DNA of 64,000 bases, from the NCBI RefSeq assembly GCF_009914755.1, contig NC_060942.1. One strand, given 5' to 3'. The notes beneath the pieces were generated by a model. That model searched no databases and was not told the DNA's origin. It worked only from the letters and a program-made list of their open reading frames with translations. This DNA comes from the human T2T-CHM13v2.0 reference genome, Homo sapiens. Every line of letters starts with the position of its first letter. Position 1 is the stretch's first letter. Both the position numbers and the translations under genes were made by a program. Below, in pieces: positions 1 through 14,294 of this stretch.

Positions 1-1379
1 AGTGCCAAGCTAGCCAAGGAGACTTGGGGTTTGCTTTAGACCACCTTATGGATTTCTACAGCTGCCCCAGAGGGACAGGATCCAAACGGCTCTGCTACCC
101 ACAATCTCAGCTGCTAGACGATGCACAGAGTGACAGTGATGAGCCAAGGAAAACTAGTAGGAGGTACTTCCAGCTTCCTTCCATCAAAGGGAAGGCTGCC
201 AAATTCAAAACTCTAAAGATGCCAGGGAGCCGGAAAATATAGCATCAGAAAAATGGCTAGACCAGGTGAAGCCCCTGGGCTGCATACGGAGGAGCGTCTG
301 TAACGTGCTTGGCCACATTTGCACCAAGTTTCTTTCCTGCCGTCGTTAACAGCCTGTGTGCAGACTTTCCCTTATGCTTTTTAGAAGGACCGAGTCAAAG
401 CAGGGAAATGGGATTTTAATAAAATAGCACCAGTGATAGCAAATGTTTGTTTTCCTAGATGGAGAGGAACTGATCATCATTGAATTGCTTACAATATCTG
501 GATGATAAGGATGTGGGCACCCTGCCTCCTTCTCTAGAGCAGGGGGATTCACGTTGCTCCTCAGCAATGCTAGTAGGTAGGTGCAGAGATCAATCCTTCA
601 GTCACCAGGAAGAAATGACCTCAACTGAATAGTTATTCATTCTTTCATGTGTTAAAAAGTTGCCTAAGAAAGCTTTTTGATATGGTAGAGTAGAAATATA
701 GCAGAGTGGTGGGCACATAGTAGGTTCATGGTATGTTGATGGGTGAAACTGTGGAGGAGAGGATCTTCCTCCATTCCTGAGGTGATGAAGTTATGACAGG
801 AGGCAACGTTTTCACAACCTGGCATTGCTCAGCAGAGATGCTCTACCATGTGGCATTCTACAAACCAAACCACAGGGCATTCTCTACCCTCGTATTGTAT
901 TCATCACAGTGCATACCCATGGAGGGTTCCCCAGTACACAATCTTATACCAATTTATACATATATCTATAGATATATATATAATGTACATAATCATTCTG
1001 CAGCTGTCAGAAGCTCCTGGAAAGCCCAAGAGTTCAGTATGAAAGGTGCTATTAGCCTGGGAAAAACACCACGGCTGCCGCAGATGGCTCATTTTCACAA
1101 TAGACCTGAGGTTTAAAAAAAAAAAAAAAAACACAAAACCTAGTTGTTTGGCCTGCAGCATAAACAAGGAATATTCTCCTTGAGCAAGTGAAACTGGCTT
1201 TGCAGAAATGAGGCTCCAATCAGTCTTGCTAAATTCTAACATTAAATATACACACATAGGTACACATACAAATGTTCTCCAGACAAAGATGCAAGTTTGA
1301 GGTAGCTGTATTCAAAGCTTGACTTTATAACTTTATTTGTCATGGTGGTGCTAGTAATATTTTAAAAATTAATAAGAAT

Positions 1380-2115
1380 ATTGAATTGTAAAAGTAACAC
1401 ATGCTCATTCCTGAAAATTTGAAAAATAGAGACAAATCCACCCAAAAATTTGTTATCCTGGGATATTTACATATTTATAAGTATTATTTTATAGATAACT
1501 TATAATTACATATTATATATCATTAATGTGTTGTACTATATGAAATAAATTATACAAAATAAAATATATAATATATAAACAAAATATATAGTTAATAAAT
1601 AAATTATATTATCTTTAAATATACAAATAAATGTTTATTTATTCATATGTGTATATATGTACACACACATATATATCCTGGAAATATATATAAAGTAGAC
1701 ATATTAGTATACATTATAGACATAGTTATATCATCTGTGTATATATATTATAAACTTTTTTACATAATTAATACAATATGTTTATATATGTATACATTTT
1801 GATGTCGTTTTTCTTTCTCAATATTTTAATTATAATAGGAACAATTTCCCATGTCATTAATCGTTAATTACACCACTGAACATTTTTAATGACTACACAG
1901 TATTCTATCATGTGTATGTATCACAACTTTTTCCAACAAGTCATCCACTACTAGAAATCTCCAAAAAATGGTCCCAGCTTTTCTTTTCCTCAAACAATTT
2001 TCCATTAACTGTCCTTCTATTTAAATCTTTAGCTGTGTCTCCAATTACTTGAATTACTAGTCAAAGAGTATAAACATTTTACAGACTCATACATTTAGCC
2101 AAATACTTTGCCCAA
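1380..2115 (-). mobile_element. Ancient L1 (L1ME-type) 3' fragment with AT-rich low-complexity interruption
   Basis: Motifs typical of antisense old L1 3' regions (aaagtaacacatgctcatt; catttttaatgactacacagtattctatcatgtgtatgta; ttactagtcaaagagtataaacatttt). TA-rich stretch at ~1470-1800. Confidence 0.6.
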
Positions 2116-3544
2116 AACAAACCTTTTTAACTGAGGATAACACATGTTCCTGGTTAGATATGAAGGCATATTGCAATGGGGCCAATCTGATATAACAAAT
2201 ATAATTTCATAACTTTTCACAACTTCCTAGGCATGTCTAGCCACAAAGATAAACCAAAATAAAACTATTTCCTAGCTGACAACTGTAACTCTACAATGAT
2301 TACCCAGATCTTAGATAGATTGACTTTAATCTCAGCCTCAAACCCTCAAAAATGGCATTACTATTCTACATTTTGTTTGTAACCATTTTATCTCATTTAG
2401 AGATACATCTCTATTACTTAGCTCTTAAGGTTATAATTTCCTGAATCTCCTCACCGTTAGGACCTTTCACAAGGGCAAACAGTTGTATTAGAAGAAGGAC
2501 ATGACAAAGTCCCTTATTCACCCTAATGCACAAAGTATTCTGGACCCACCTGAGAATTTCTTAAGGTCTTTCAGGAGACAGTATACTCTTGGAACGCTCA
2601 CCCAGCTACCCTCAAGTCTCCTTTGAGATGCAAAGTATCTGAAAATTCAGAAGAACCCTTTACTGTGTATTTTTTTAAAACTGCTAGTTGTAGAGTGTCA
2701 TTTTGTCCCTTGATTTTGTGGCTTAAAATCCATCTTCTGCATAAATACACTGCTAGGCAGTCCCTCTGTGATCAATCTTATGTTTATCAAGGACACTTAA
2801 GCAGTGAAGAGATTGCTGTGCGTGGTCCCTCATGGATCTGCATGGAGTGTGGATTGGAACCCATAGTCTACACATTTCCAATTCCAGCCCCAGCAGTTGA
2901 GCTACTCGCCCCCCCTCCAGAATGATCTATGCCCTTTTGTGGAAAGTTTGATGGATAGAGACAGCTCAAGCACTAAACTGGAATCCAAAATCAATAAACG
3001 TATTAGGACTGGGTGCTCACAAATTGGTAGCCATTTAATTCCCCTGCTATTAATTTTTTTCCCTTCCAGACATGAGGTGGGGTGCAGTGTGTGAACTTGT
3101 TAAACCACAGCTGCAGGTCGCCCTTGAAGGTGCCTTAGTGGGCTTAAGGAGGGGCCTTGCTGGTACTTCAAGCAATCTCCTCGGCAGGCATTTATTTCAA
3201 AAGTCAGGAAAAGACCCCTATTTCTCTACTTGGTATTTATTGGTTAAGAGGAAGACTTCGTGCCATTTAATTTTTAAAAAACTTTTTATTATAGATATTT
3301 TCAAATATTCACAAATACTGAGATTGAGATAATAATGTAATAAACCTTATGCTTATCACCTATTTTACATTTTTATTTTTCACCCATTTTTAACATATTT
3401 TGTTTGTATTTTTTGTTGTTGTTGTTTAGTTTTTGCTTATGCTTCTAATTTTAAGAATCCCGGTTGATTTTCTGGAAACAATGGGCTCCTCTTGGTAGTG
3501 GCAGCACAAAGGTCACAATCTTAAGAGCATTTATCATGGGGTTT

Positions 3545-4458
3545 TCTCATCTCAGTAGTATGAGATATAACCATCCAATCAATTTGCTAAGATAAAACAC
3601 CCTAGGGTCCTTACTAGTTCCAACCCGTCAGCTAGTCCTGTTGACTCCACCTCCAAAGTAGATCCCATATCTGTCCACTCCTCTTCATCTCCACTGCTTC
3701 CTCCCCAGTGTGAATCCTCATCCTTCTTGCCCTGATTACAGTACCCTCCTAGTTATCCTTCCTGCTTCTACTCTTTCCTCCCAGCTCCACCAGAATCCAC
3801 TCCGCACATGGCAACTCCAGCAACCATACCACCCTCCTGCTTACCATCTCCCAATGACTTTTACTTTTGTCACCTACCACCCCTCTCCACCAATCCAGGA
3901 TGGCCAGTATCATCTTTTACAAATACAAATAGACCATGCCATTCCATTTCTGAAAGCCCTCCAGTGGCTTCCTATTGCACTCAAAAGTTCAGACTCCTTG
4001 ACCTGCAGGCAGCCTCTGCCTACCTCTCAGAAGCTAATTTCCCATCTATTTTCATCTTGCACAATATGCTCCACCTACACCTGCTTCCTTCAGCACCTCC
4101 AACCTGTACAGCCACGCTCCTTTCTTCTTGTGGGCTTTGCTCTTGTTTCCCACCCTCCATGATCTCCCCTATGTCTTCACTGTTAACTCCTTCCTGTCAT
4201 CCAGGAATAGTCTCAAAACCCCGTCCTTGAGAAGTCTTCTCTTATCACCTGAACTAAACTAGCTTCCCAGCCCCAAAACCTTATTACTTAGGAACTTGCA
4301 TTGTATTGTATGCTTATTATCCCTTTATCCCACTGCAGTAACGGCTCTATGAAAGAAAACACCTTTTCTGCCTTATTCATCATTATATCTTGAGTTTCTG
4401 GGACATGATAGGTATAGAAACTCTATAAAACTGTGTTGAAAGAAAGAATGAATGAATA
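3545..4458 (+). mobile_element. LINE-2 (L2) 3' fragment
   Basis: L2 hallmarks: agtcctgttgactccacctccaaa, ccactcctcttcatctccactg, agccctccagtggcttcctattgcactc. Ends in tgttgaa...gaatgaatgaa. Confidence 0.85.
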
Positions 4459-4979
4459 CAACAAAAAAGAACTTTAGATCTTATTGTAAGGATTTTAAGT
4501 AACAGCTACTTTTCTGAATAATAAAGGTATGTCTAATAGCAGAGAAAGCAGATTGTAAAAGCTCCCCCATGGGGGCTTTGGTGGGTTGTGTGGGACCATG
4601 GAAAATGCTAAGGAACTGCCACATGCAGAGACAAAGTCAATAGTTAAGTCAGCAACAACTGTAGAAAGGCTTATTTATCCCCCAGATCATGTTTTCTTCC
4701 TGCCTTCCTCTGTCTGATATTCCTGTCATCAGATTAATGACTTGGGGTGAAACATGTTTGCCCAGTTGTCCGCTGAGTACAGAGGTCATATCTACCACCG
4801 CCTAGTAAGTTACTAAGCTCTTAAGGCAGTTTATTTTCTCATTGCCTTCTCATTCCCTAACACCTGACAATATTACTTCCACTCCACATTATCTTCTGAA
4901 ATTGATCTTCCCATATTTATATTGGTATCCTAATCCTCAATTATTGTAGACCCTTAGTTATCTTTCCTGCTTCATTTTT

Positions 4980-5450
4980 TCTCCAGAACCATCTTCCCTT
5001 CTACATTTCCTTATTTCCATCATTATATTTATTCATTCATTTAAAAAAGATTATAAAACAACTTGGATTCTCCCTTTTTTTTCCTAACCTCCCCTACAAG
5101 GAGCATTCAATTTTTATTTTATTGTATTTTTCATTTAAGCCCTTTCCCTGACTAACAATACCAATGAATCCTCCCCACTTCCATATTTTATCTACTCCAG
5201 TAAATCCAGTTAATCTTGAAACAATGCTTTGCCCACATCACTGCATTGCTCAAAAACCACCTTTGACTCCCATTGCCTATTCAGTAAAACCTGAACTTGG
5301 TTTAAGAGGATGCCTACCTAAAATTGGGTATTTTAGTCTTCGCTGATGTCATTTCCCACTACTCCTGACAAAACTTCTGCTCCCACCAAACACTTCTGTT
5401 CCCTGACTGCTATTCTTTCCTGATACATCCTCCCTCCACCCTATAGTCTT
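4980..5450 (+). mobile_element. Degraded L2 fragment
   Basis: ttgctcaaaaaccacctttgactcccattgcctat resembles the L2 3' core. Confidence 0.5.
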
Positions 5451-5504
5451 GACATAATAAAGGAGGAAGGATCTTGACTACTATAAAATATTAACTGTCT
5501 GAAT

Positions 5505-6015
5505 AGAGGCTGTCTGTTCAACATGATAGGCGCTGGCCATACGTGGCTCCTCAGCTCTTGAAATGTGGCTAGTGAGACTGAGGATCTGAACTCTTAATCA
5601 TCAAAATTAAATTTAACTGAAACACCCATACTCAATGTAGGTATTGGGAAACTTTTAAGCATATTTAGAACAACTTGGATGTGTAAATCTACTTTTTCAA
5701 CTGTAAGTTTTATGAAATAAAATTGCAGATCAAGTATTTCCGATGAGATTTTCGGGTCCAAATTGAGATAGGCTGTAAGTATAGAGTCCACACCAGAGTC
5801 TGAAAACTAAACATGAATATAGGAATATAGAGTATTTCATTAAAATTTTTAATTTTGATTACATGTTGAATTCATGCTATTTTGAATATAGTAGGCTAAA
5901 TAAGATATATTATAAATAGTAATTTTATTTTACCTGTTTTACATTTTACAATATTTCTACTAGAAAGATTTAAATTATACATGTGGCTCACATTGTATTT
6001 CTTTGGAACAGTGCT
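5505..6015. mobile_element. hAT-Charlie DNA transposon deletion derivative (Charlie1b/MER33-family like)
   Basis: Terminal motifs cttgaaatgtggctagtgagactgagga and tactagaaa..ttaaattatacatgtggctcacattgtatttct; ~510 bp. Confidence 0.75.
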
Positions 6016-6104
6016 TTTCTAAATATCATCTGCATAAACATGTTGTCATAGCCCAAAAGACTTTGATTCTGATCCCAAGGCCCATTCACAGATTGAACAA
6101 ATCA

Positions 6105-6192
6105 TAATCTCTAGGAGAAGGTCCTGGGGTTGTTATTTTTAAGTGCCCCAGGAGATCCCAATCATGAGGCACATTTGGGAAACCTGCCCTAA
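6105..6192. mobile_element. MER5-type hAT fragment
   Basis: aatctctaggagaaggtcctggg...tttttaagtgccccaggagat...tttgggaaac. Confidence 0.55.
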
Positions 6193-6347
6193 GTGACGGC
6201 CCTGCCTCTGGCATTTATTGTCTTCATCGCTCATTTAATGCATCCACTTAATGTGTTCATTTAATACAAGCTCTGTCATGCTATCACTCTATGTCACACA
6301 TGTGTATTCCCAAGTAGACTAAAAGTGCTCAGAAAGGGGAGGTGCTA

Positions 6348-6580
6348 ATAATTATAGCTAACATGCATTGAGTGCTAATAAGGTGTCGAATACCCCGCCA
6401 GGTGTTCTATGTTTATGTCCTCATTTAATTAATAATAGCACCTACAGTCCAGTGAAGTGGGTGCTACTCTATACCCATTTGACAGAGGAAAGAGAGATTT
6501 GGGTCAGACAGGTATTGACTGATGCTGCTATGACCTGGACGAGTTCTGTCCAACGTTACAGCCTATGCTGCTCTTACATG
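6348..6580 (-). mobile_element. MIR SINE
   Basis: ataattatagctaacatgcattgagtgct...tcatttaat...cccatttgacagaggaa. Confidence 0.75.
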
Positions 6581-9324
6581 ACATTGCCCAGGAGCCTAGT
6601 GCAGTATCTATTTGTACAGGAAAAGGCAGCATTTGTGCAGTTGTCTTCTAACAAGGTCAAAGTGCAATTTACATTAATAAATGCAAATGCTGGTAACATT
6701 CAGCACCCACACAAGAGAATGGTGGGCAGGCACTCAGTTAAGTGCTCTGGTGGCGCCTTCAGGATGTAGTGCTGCATGTGAAGAGGCAGGACTGTGTTTG
6801 CCTCATTCGTGCTCAAGTCAAATGCATGTCCCCTGTCAACTGAGCAACTGCTGTGGTTTCAAAGGCCCTGGTTGATGAAGAGCTCCCTGCCTTCAGAACT
6901 CAGCAATAGGAGCACCTGTTCCAGAGCCCCAGAAGACACGGCTGTAGCTCTCTGCATTCAGGGGCTTGTGTTGGGGGAGTACAGCATTGGAGCAGGGCAG
7001 CACAGTTGTCAGCAGGCCAAGGAGAGACCAGCTGAAGCCATGATGCCAAGGACATTCTGTTCAGGCTGCGTGGATGTTAAGATTCCCAAAAAGAGAAAGA
7101 AATGTTGGATTGGAAACCGAAGCAAGATTCACCAGGCTTGTACAAGGCATTTAGCTCTTAGTTGTTATAAAAATGAAAATAATTGTGAAAGCAGAGAGAA
7201 ATCTGCAGCTGCTTGGGGCTATTCATACCATAAGAGATCCCATCAGGCCCTCTTTATTGCTGCAGTTTTGGCAAATTATTTTCTTATCACACATAACCTC
7301 CTCACTTCTGTTCCTGGATAAGCACTTAGGCCCATAAAGCTGTGGGTCAGCCACAGTTGAGCATCCAGCACATGGAACAGGCGGCCATGGGGAGCTCCAG
7401 AGCCCGCCTGTCGGAAAAGCAGCAACTGGAGTCCATAAAAAGTTGGCCCGCCCGGTCCATTAACGGACCCAGGTCTGGGGCTCTGGCTTGGATCACCCGC
7501 CCCCTCCACAGAGCCCCACCTGCAGGGATGGACACCTTGGGAGGGCCACCTTGTGGGCTGGGGCCCACCTTCCCTGGGTGCTGAGCCCCTGGTGGCCTCA
7601 AGGGCAAGGGGCAGGTGCATGGGCGAGCACTCAGCTGCGAGGCGCTGGCCCCACCATGAACAGAAGGGGCTGGGTGCCCACCACACATGTGTGCTGGACA
7701 AATGCGCTGGCATCTCCGGCGTGTGCAGAGAGCATGCTGCTCCCATTATCCTGGCCCATTAGGGAAGCAACTGGAAAAAAAACATTTAGCAATTTGGACA
7801 GGAGTGAGGCTGCAGAATGGCTCGTTTCTCTGTGACAGCCTGCCACGTACAGATGAAAGGGAAGGCTTATAACAAATTTTCATTACCCCCAAATAAAAAA
7901 GCAACAGCAGGCAAAGCAAGGGCTTTGAGGCTGAGAGGTGGAGCCAGAAATCCACCCAGAAGACCACAAAGGAGCCTCAGCAAAACAAATCAATCAATCT
8001 CTCAGTCACTTCCACTTGCCTAGCACGGTTCACGCCAGTGGCAATCAGGCCCGTCAGCCTGTCAGGCTCTGGCCTTCAGCTCCTTGCCTCACACTGTTAG
8101 GAAATGCACCAAAGTACTACCTCCAGGGCTCTCCCTTGCAAAATCTCTTGCCCACCTTCCCTCAACAGCCTATGCTCTGTAGGAAAACCTACCCCCAACC
8201 TGAGAGGCAGCACTGCAGGATTTGGTAAAGGGAAGCGATTGGGGTTTGCAAACAGCACCGGCATCTTTGCCTTTTGCTCTGCTTCCAACTTCAGTGAGTG
8301 CCGAGTGGAAATCAAACCTCAGATTCAGGAGGGCATGGGCCCTACAGGGTTCCCAGATTCCCAGAGCTGGGGCTTCGTCAATGTTCCTCCCACCCCCAGT
8401 TCATGTTCTGCTGAGAGAGTTCAGGACACCCACTAGGCGCAGACCCCAGATGAAACCCCACCTCTGAATACCCCACACAGGTCCCGCGACCCACTCCCGC
8501 TCTAATGAGTCTGGCTGCCCGCAGAGCTGCATAATACATTGCGCCTTTGACCTTATTAGAAGACAACTACACAAATACTGCCTTTTCCTGGCCTGGGTGT
8601 CTGTCCGCAGGTATCCCCAGCACGTTTACCATTGCAGATAAAAATGATCTGTGACGGGGAGCTGCAGGCTGGATGTTGGATAAGACCAGGGCTGGAATAG
8701 ACAGGCTTTCCCTTCCATGATTTCTCTAAACCCTCGTCATTCCTTATCAACAGCTTCAAAAACACATGTTATTAAACATCTGGGTTTTAGTGACATCCAA
8801 AACTGTGTGGAGAGTAAATGGGATTCGTGGGTGTAAGTATTTTTACCTTTGGGAATGGCTAGTGTTGACAGCTAAAGGACAGCATCAGGTCACAGGCTCA
8901 AGAATACTGAAGCAGGGTCCCCAAATTACCATTTTTTTAATTCGTATGGGATTCAGGAAAAGAGTTTGCAAAAAAATAGCATACACACAGAAATGTATAA
9001 AAGATGTTTTAATCTCCCTAACATGACAGATGTTAATTGTGAAGGATTTGTGGTGTTTGTGGTGCATACACACAGGTAACTACTGAAAGCTACCGAGAGT
9101 TCAGAGGAGGAACATCCCTTAACAGCTGAGTGATCAAAGGATTCACTAAAGACAAGGATAAACATTGATCGAGCACTTTCTTATGTGCCAAGTCCCTTAG
9201 AAAAATTGTCTTTTTGAATGGTAAACTGAGGCCCAAAAAGGGAGGGGCAGAGCAAGGAGAAGGAGGAGTACAGTTTGACAAGGAGGATTGGCCAAGGACA
9301 ATCAGAGAACAAAAGCTCAGAGAC

Positions 9325-9560
9325 AGAAAATCAAATTCCATGGTTGAATGCCTACTCTGTACCAGGTACTGGCCCAGACACGAGGGGAAAACAAAGACGC
9401 AGGAGGCATGGGCTTCTCCTTCAAGGAGCTTGAGACTAAGACACTCCCGGGGCACCATGACCATAAAATGCCATGATGGACAGTAGAGGATATCACAGAA
9501 CAAGGATACAATAACTGGGTGGCGGGGGTGCAGTGGGCACAAGGCGGTGGAATGCTTGGG
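9325..9560 (-). mobile_element. L2 3' end fragment
   Basis: ttgaatgcctactctgtaccaggtactgg...ccttcaaggagctt. Confidence 0.65.
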
Positions 9561-10269
9561 AGGCAGTGGTAGGCTGTTTTGACAAAGGGACTGCCCAGAA
9601 ATTTCTCCCTTTACATCCAAGGATCCAACCTAGTGTCGAGGGAACTGCATATTGGCCTTTTTTGTCTCCCCTCATTTTCCCAGTCCAACAGGACATAGTC
9701 ACTGGCCATGGGAGGAAAGGAATGGGAGATAGGATGAAGGTTAATAATTTTTTCCTGGCTTGTGCTATATCTTTGCTAGGAAAATTGTACCACTCCTAGT
9801 TTTTTCTGAGGTTTATGCTTTCCATGGACAGATGAAAAAAGCACAAATAAGTAGGGAATTTCAGAACTAAAGACTTCCTTGGTATTATATTCACCTTGGC
9901 CTGGTTTCATTCATGGGGTCTTCATTGATAGGCACTGGTTTTGACCCAGGGTAGAGAGAGAGGGGGCTTGGAATTATTGATACATTGGTCACAGAACATG
10001 CTCTGACATTCTTACAAATAATCTGCAGGCCCTGGATTTTAGAATAAATGATTCACTTGCATAGTCTGTGTCTTTATGACATCTCTTTTCCTATTTTAAG
10101 AAATACTAAAGAGATTAATAAATTCAAGCCTACCTTATAGAATACCCTGAGGTAGAGGGCCCAAGAGTACACTATGACTAAAACTATGTACAGAAGAACA
10201 AATATTCTATAATCCAACATTCAATTTCTTGGAGAAGTTTGTAAATGATTATAAGGTGTGGATAGTAGC

Positions 10270-10830
10270 ATTCTTTTGCAAAGCACTCCTGCATGTATTA
10301 CCTTATTCACTCCTCTCTATTACCTGAACTAGATGGGCATTGTTATCCCATTTCAGGTCCAGGGTAACAATGTGACTTGTCAATTGCCACGCCATTGATA
10401 AATGGCAAACTCTGAACCCAGAATTTTTTTAAAAACATAATTATTTTTCTCTTTGAGTAGCTAATACTCACCAAGTATTGTATACTCATTTTATTTTATC
10501 CTTACAATTACCTACACAGTAGGTTATATCATCTTTGATTTATGATTGAGAAATGAAGGCTCCAAGAGAGAAAGTGACTTTCTCAGGGTACTGCTGCTCA
10601 TAGTGGGGTCTGGGATATGAGGATTTTTCCCAGAAAGGAAGTCTTTCAAGAGCTAAAAGACTCTTTTACAGAGGAAATGAACGCCAGACTTGGGACAATG
10701 AAACTGAATTCCAGGTTCTGTCCACTAAATCTTCAGGCGAATCATTTTCATGTACTGAGCCTTTGCTTCCTTCTCTGTTAAATAAACCTATAGGAATGTT
10801 TCAACCCATGGGTGAGGATGGATGCCAAAC
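10270..10830. mobile_element. Cluster of degraded MIR fragments
   Basis: MIR core motifs: ttatcccatttcag, aagtgactttctcagggt, ctgagcctttgcttccttctctgttaaat. Confidence 0.55.
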
Positions 10831-11189
10831 AGCTGCACATCAGTTTACATCATATTTCACTGTCAAACTCAGCAAAATTACTTTGGATTTTGGAATATGA
10901 TTTTGCGGACGCTTGCTTCACAAACAAGCAATATGACTCTGATGGGCATATTCTTGAGTGAAAGAGGCAAATGACAAAATTATTCTTGCCATGTAGCTTT
11001 GTTCATTCAGAGTTCAAAAGCATGCAAAACTAAGCAAGATATTGCTAATATATTTATTAAAATATAATTTGAAATAAATAAATAAACTTAGAATCTGGCA
11101 CCTCAGATTCTAAGTCCAGGGCTTTTTTCACCACAATACATTGTATCATGAATGCACTGTCTTCCTACAAATTTCTTTCTATGGAAAAA

Positions 11190-14100
11190 ATAATCCTAAA
11201 ATTCTTTCTATGGAAAAAACAATTCTGAAATTCTTATGTAACCACAAAAGACTGAAAAGAGCCAAAGCAATTTTGAGCAAAAAGAACAAAGCCAGAGGTA
11301 TCATGCATCCCAAATTAAAAATATACTGCAAAGCTACAGTAATCAAAACAGCTTGGTAACCCACATAAATACTCAACTTACCTTTGACAAAGGAGCAAAG
11401 GCAATACAATCGAGCAAAGATAGTCTTCAACAAATGATGCTGGAATAACTGGATACCCACATGCATACACACAAAAAGAATCTAGACACAGACCTTATTT
11501 CCTTCACAGAAATTAACTCAAAATGGATCATAGACCTAAATATAAAATGATCAAAGGCCTAACTGTGAAATAAATCATTGCTAAACTAGACTTCATTAAA
11601 ATTAAAAACCTTTTCTCTGCAATAGATAATGTCAAGAAAATGAGAAGACAAGTCACAAACTAAAGGAAAATATCTGCAAAAGACACATCTGAAAAAGAAC
11701 TGTTATCCAAACATAAAGGACGCTTAAAACTCATCAATAAGAGAATAAACTTTTCTATTAAAAAATAGGCCAAAGACCTTAACAGGCACTTTACCAAAGA
11801 AGCTATACAGATGGCAAATAAGCAGGTAAAAAAATGCTCCATGTCATATGTCATCAGAAAAATGTGAATTAAAACAATAACAAGATAACACTACACACCT
11901 ATGAAAGTAAAAATCCAAAACACTGACAATACCATATGCTGGTGAAGATGTGGAACGAGGATTTTCATTGCTGATGGAAATGCAAAATGGTATACAGTCA
12001 CTTTGGAAAACCGTTTGGCTATTGCTTACAAAACTGAACATACTCTTACCAAAAGATCTGTAATTGTTCTCCTTGATATTTACACCAAAGAATTGAAAAC
12101 ATGTCCACACAAAAATCTGCACATGGATATTTATAGGAGCTTTATTTATAATTGCCAAAACTTGGAAACAACCAAGATATCCTTCAGTAGGTGAATGGAT
12201 AAATAAAATATGGTATATTCAGACAATGGGATATTATTCAGCACTAAAAAGAAATGAGCTATCAAGTTATAAAAAGACATGGAGGGAACTTAAATGCTTA
12301 TTACTAAGTGAAAGTAGATGGTCTGCAAAGTCTACATAGTGTATAATTCCAACTATATGACATTCTGGAAAAGGCAATATGAAGACAATAAAAAAAAGAT
12401 CAGTGGTTTCCAGGGGTTCAGGCAGGGGAGAAATGATAAGGAGACCACAGAGAACCCTTGAGGCAGTGAAAATACTCTGCATGATATTTTAATTGTGGCT
12501 ACATGTAATTATACAATTCGTCCAAACCCACACAATGCACAATACCAATAATGAATCTTAATGTAAACTCTGGATTTTGTGTGATATGATGTGTCAATGG
12601 AGGTTCATAAACTGTAATAAATGAACTACTGTGGTGGGGGATATTGATAATGGAGAAGTTACATGGGGACAGAGGGTGTATGGGAAATCTCTTACTTTCT
12701 TCTTAATTTTGCTGAGAACATAAAACTGCTCTAAAAAAATTAAATCTTTAAAACAAAGGATGATGCTGGCATAAAAACAACATACAAACCAATAGAACAG
12801 AATGAAGAGCCCAGACATAAATCCACACATGTATGACCAATGGATCTTCAACAAGGGTACCAATGAACAAAGGACAGTCTCTTCAATAAACAGTGTTGAA
12901 AAAACTGGATATCCACATGCAACAACATGGAATTAGATTATTTTACTGAATATATAAAAATCAACTCAAAACGGATTAAAGACTTAAATGTTTAAATCCT
13001 GAAACCATAAAACTCCTACAAGGAAACATAGGGAAAACCTTCTTGACATTGGCCTTGGCAATGATTTCTTGGATATGGCCCCAAAAGCACAGGCAACAAA
13101 AACAAAAATAGACAAATGGGACTACATCAAACTAAAAAGCTCTGCACAATAATCAACTAGTGAAAAGACAACCTATGGAATGGGAGGAAGTCTTTGCAAA
13201 ACATACATCTGATAAGAAGTTAATATCCAAAATATTAGAGAAACTCAAATAACTCAATAGCAAATAAATAAATAACCTGACTTAAAAATGGGCAAAGGGC
13301 CTGAATAGATATTTCTCCAAAGAAGATATACGAATGGCCAATAGGCATATGAAAAGGTGCTCAACATCACTAATCATCAGGGAAATGCAAATTAAAACCA
13401 TTATGAGATATGATCTCACACCTATTGGGATGACCATTATCAAAAAAAAAACAAAAAGGTAACAAATGTGAGCAAGGATACAGAGAAAAAACCCTTGTAT
13501 ACTGTTGGTGGAAATGTAAATTTTGTAGCCATGACAGAAAACAATACGAAGGTTCCTCAAAAAATTAAAAATAGGGCTACCATATGATCCAGCAATTACG
13601 TTTATGTGTATATAGCCAAAGGAATTGAAATCAGGATCTAGGAGAGACATCTACACTCTCATGTTCATTGCAGCATTATTCACAATAGCCAAGATATGGA
13701 GACAACCTAAATATCCATCAACAGATGAATGGATAAAGGAAATTCAGTATATAGATACAATGGAATATTATTCAACCTTAAAAAAAAGAAGGAAATCCTG
13801 CCATTTGCTACAACATGGATGAAATGGTAGGTCATTATGAAATAAGCCAGACACAGAAGAATAAATACTATGTAATACCACTTATATAGAAAATCTAAAA
13901 TAGCCAAACTCATAGAAGCAGAGAGAGGAATGGTGGTTGCCTGAGGCTGGGGAAGGGGAAATGAGGAGGCGTAAGTCAAAGGCACAAAGCCTTCATTATA
14001 CAAGCTGAATAAATCCTGGAGATCTACTGTACGATGTTGTGCCTGTGGTTAACAGTACTATATTGCATACTTTAAAATTTGCTAAGAAGGTATATCTTAT

Positions 14101-14294
14101 ATTAAGTATTCTTTTCATCAAAATAATGAATAAGTAAATAAATAAACACAGTGGAAGGAAACTTCTGGAGGCAATAGATAAGTTTATGGCATAGACTGTA
14201 GTGATGGTTTTAGGATATATACGGATCTCCAAACTCATCAAGTTGTATACATTAAATATGTAAGCTTTTTGTAAGTCTAATCATACCTCAATAA
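11190..14294 (+). mobile_element. L1MB-type LINE-1 3' part (ORF2 C-terminal remnant plus 3'UTR), interrupted by another L1
   Basis: ORF2-like translations ([35 protein letters not shown]; [13 protein letters not shown]) and an L1MB1/2-like 3'UTR ending tcatacctcaataa. Confidence 0.85.
11359..12752 (+). mobile_element. 5'-truncated L1MC1/2-like element nested in the L1MB
   Basis: Has its own 3' end (gggaaatctct...aattttgctg..aaaactgctctaaaaaaa). Host ORF2 resumes at ctggcataaaaac (~12766). Confidence 0.75.

Noticed and set aside
24-242. 72-aa ORF at the window start
   Set aside because: TTG start, no recognisable domain, and no splice context visible.
960-977. 18-bp perfect palindrome atatatctatagatatat
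   Set aside because: Trivial consequence of TA low complexity.
3710-4230. 140-150 aa ORFs
   Set aside because: They lie within a pyrimidine-rich L2 relic.
6794-8566. Many overlapping 60-175 aa ORFs on both strands
   Set aside because: Expected in GC-richer DNA. They are Pro/Gly/Ser/Cys-rich with no recognisable homology and no coherent exon structure.
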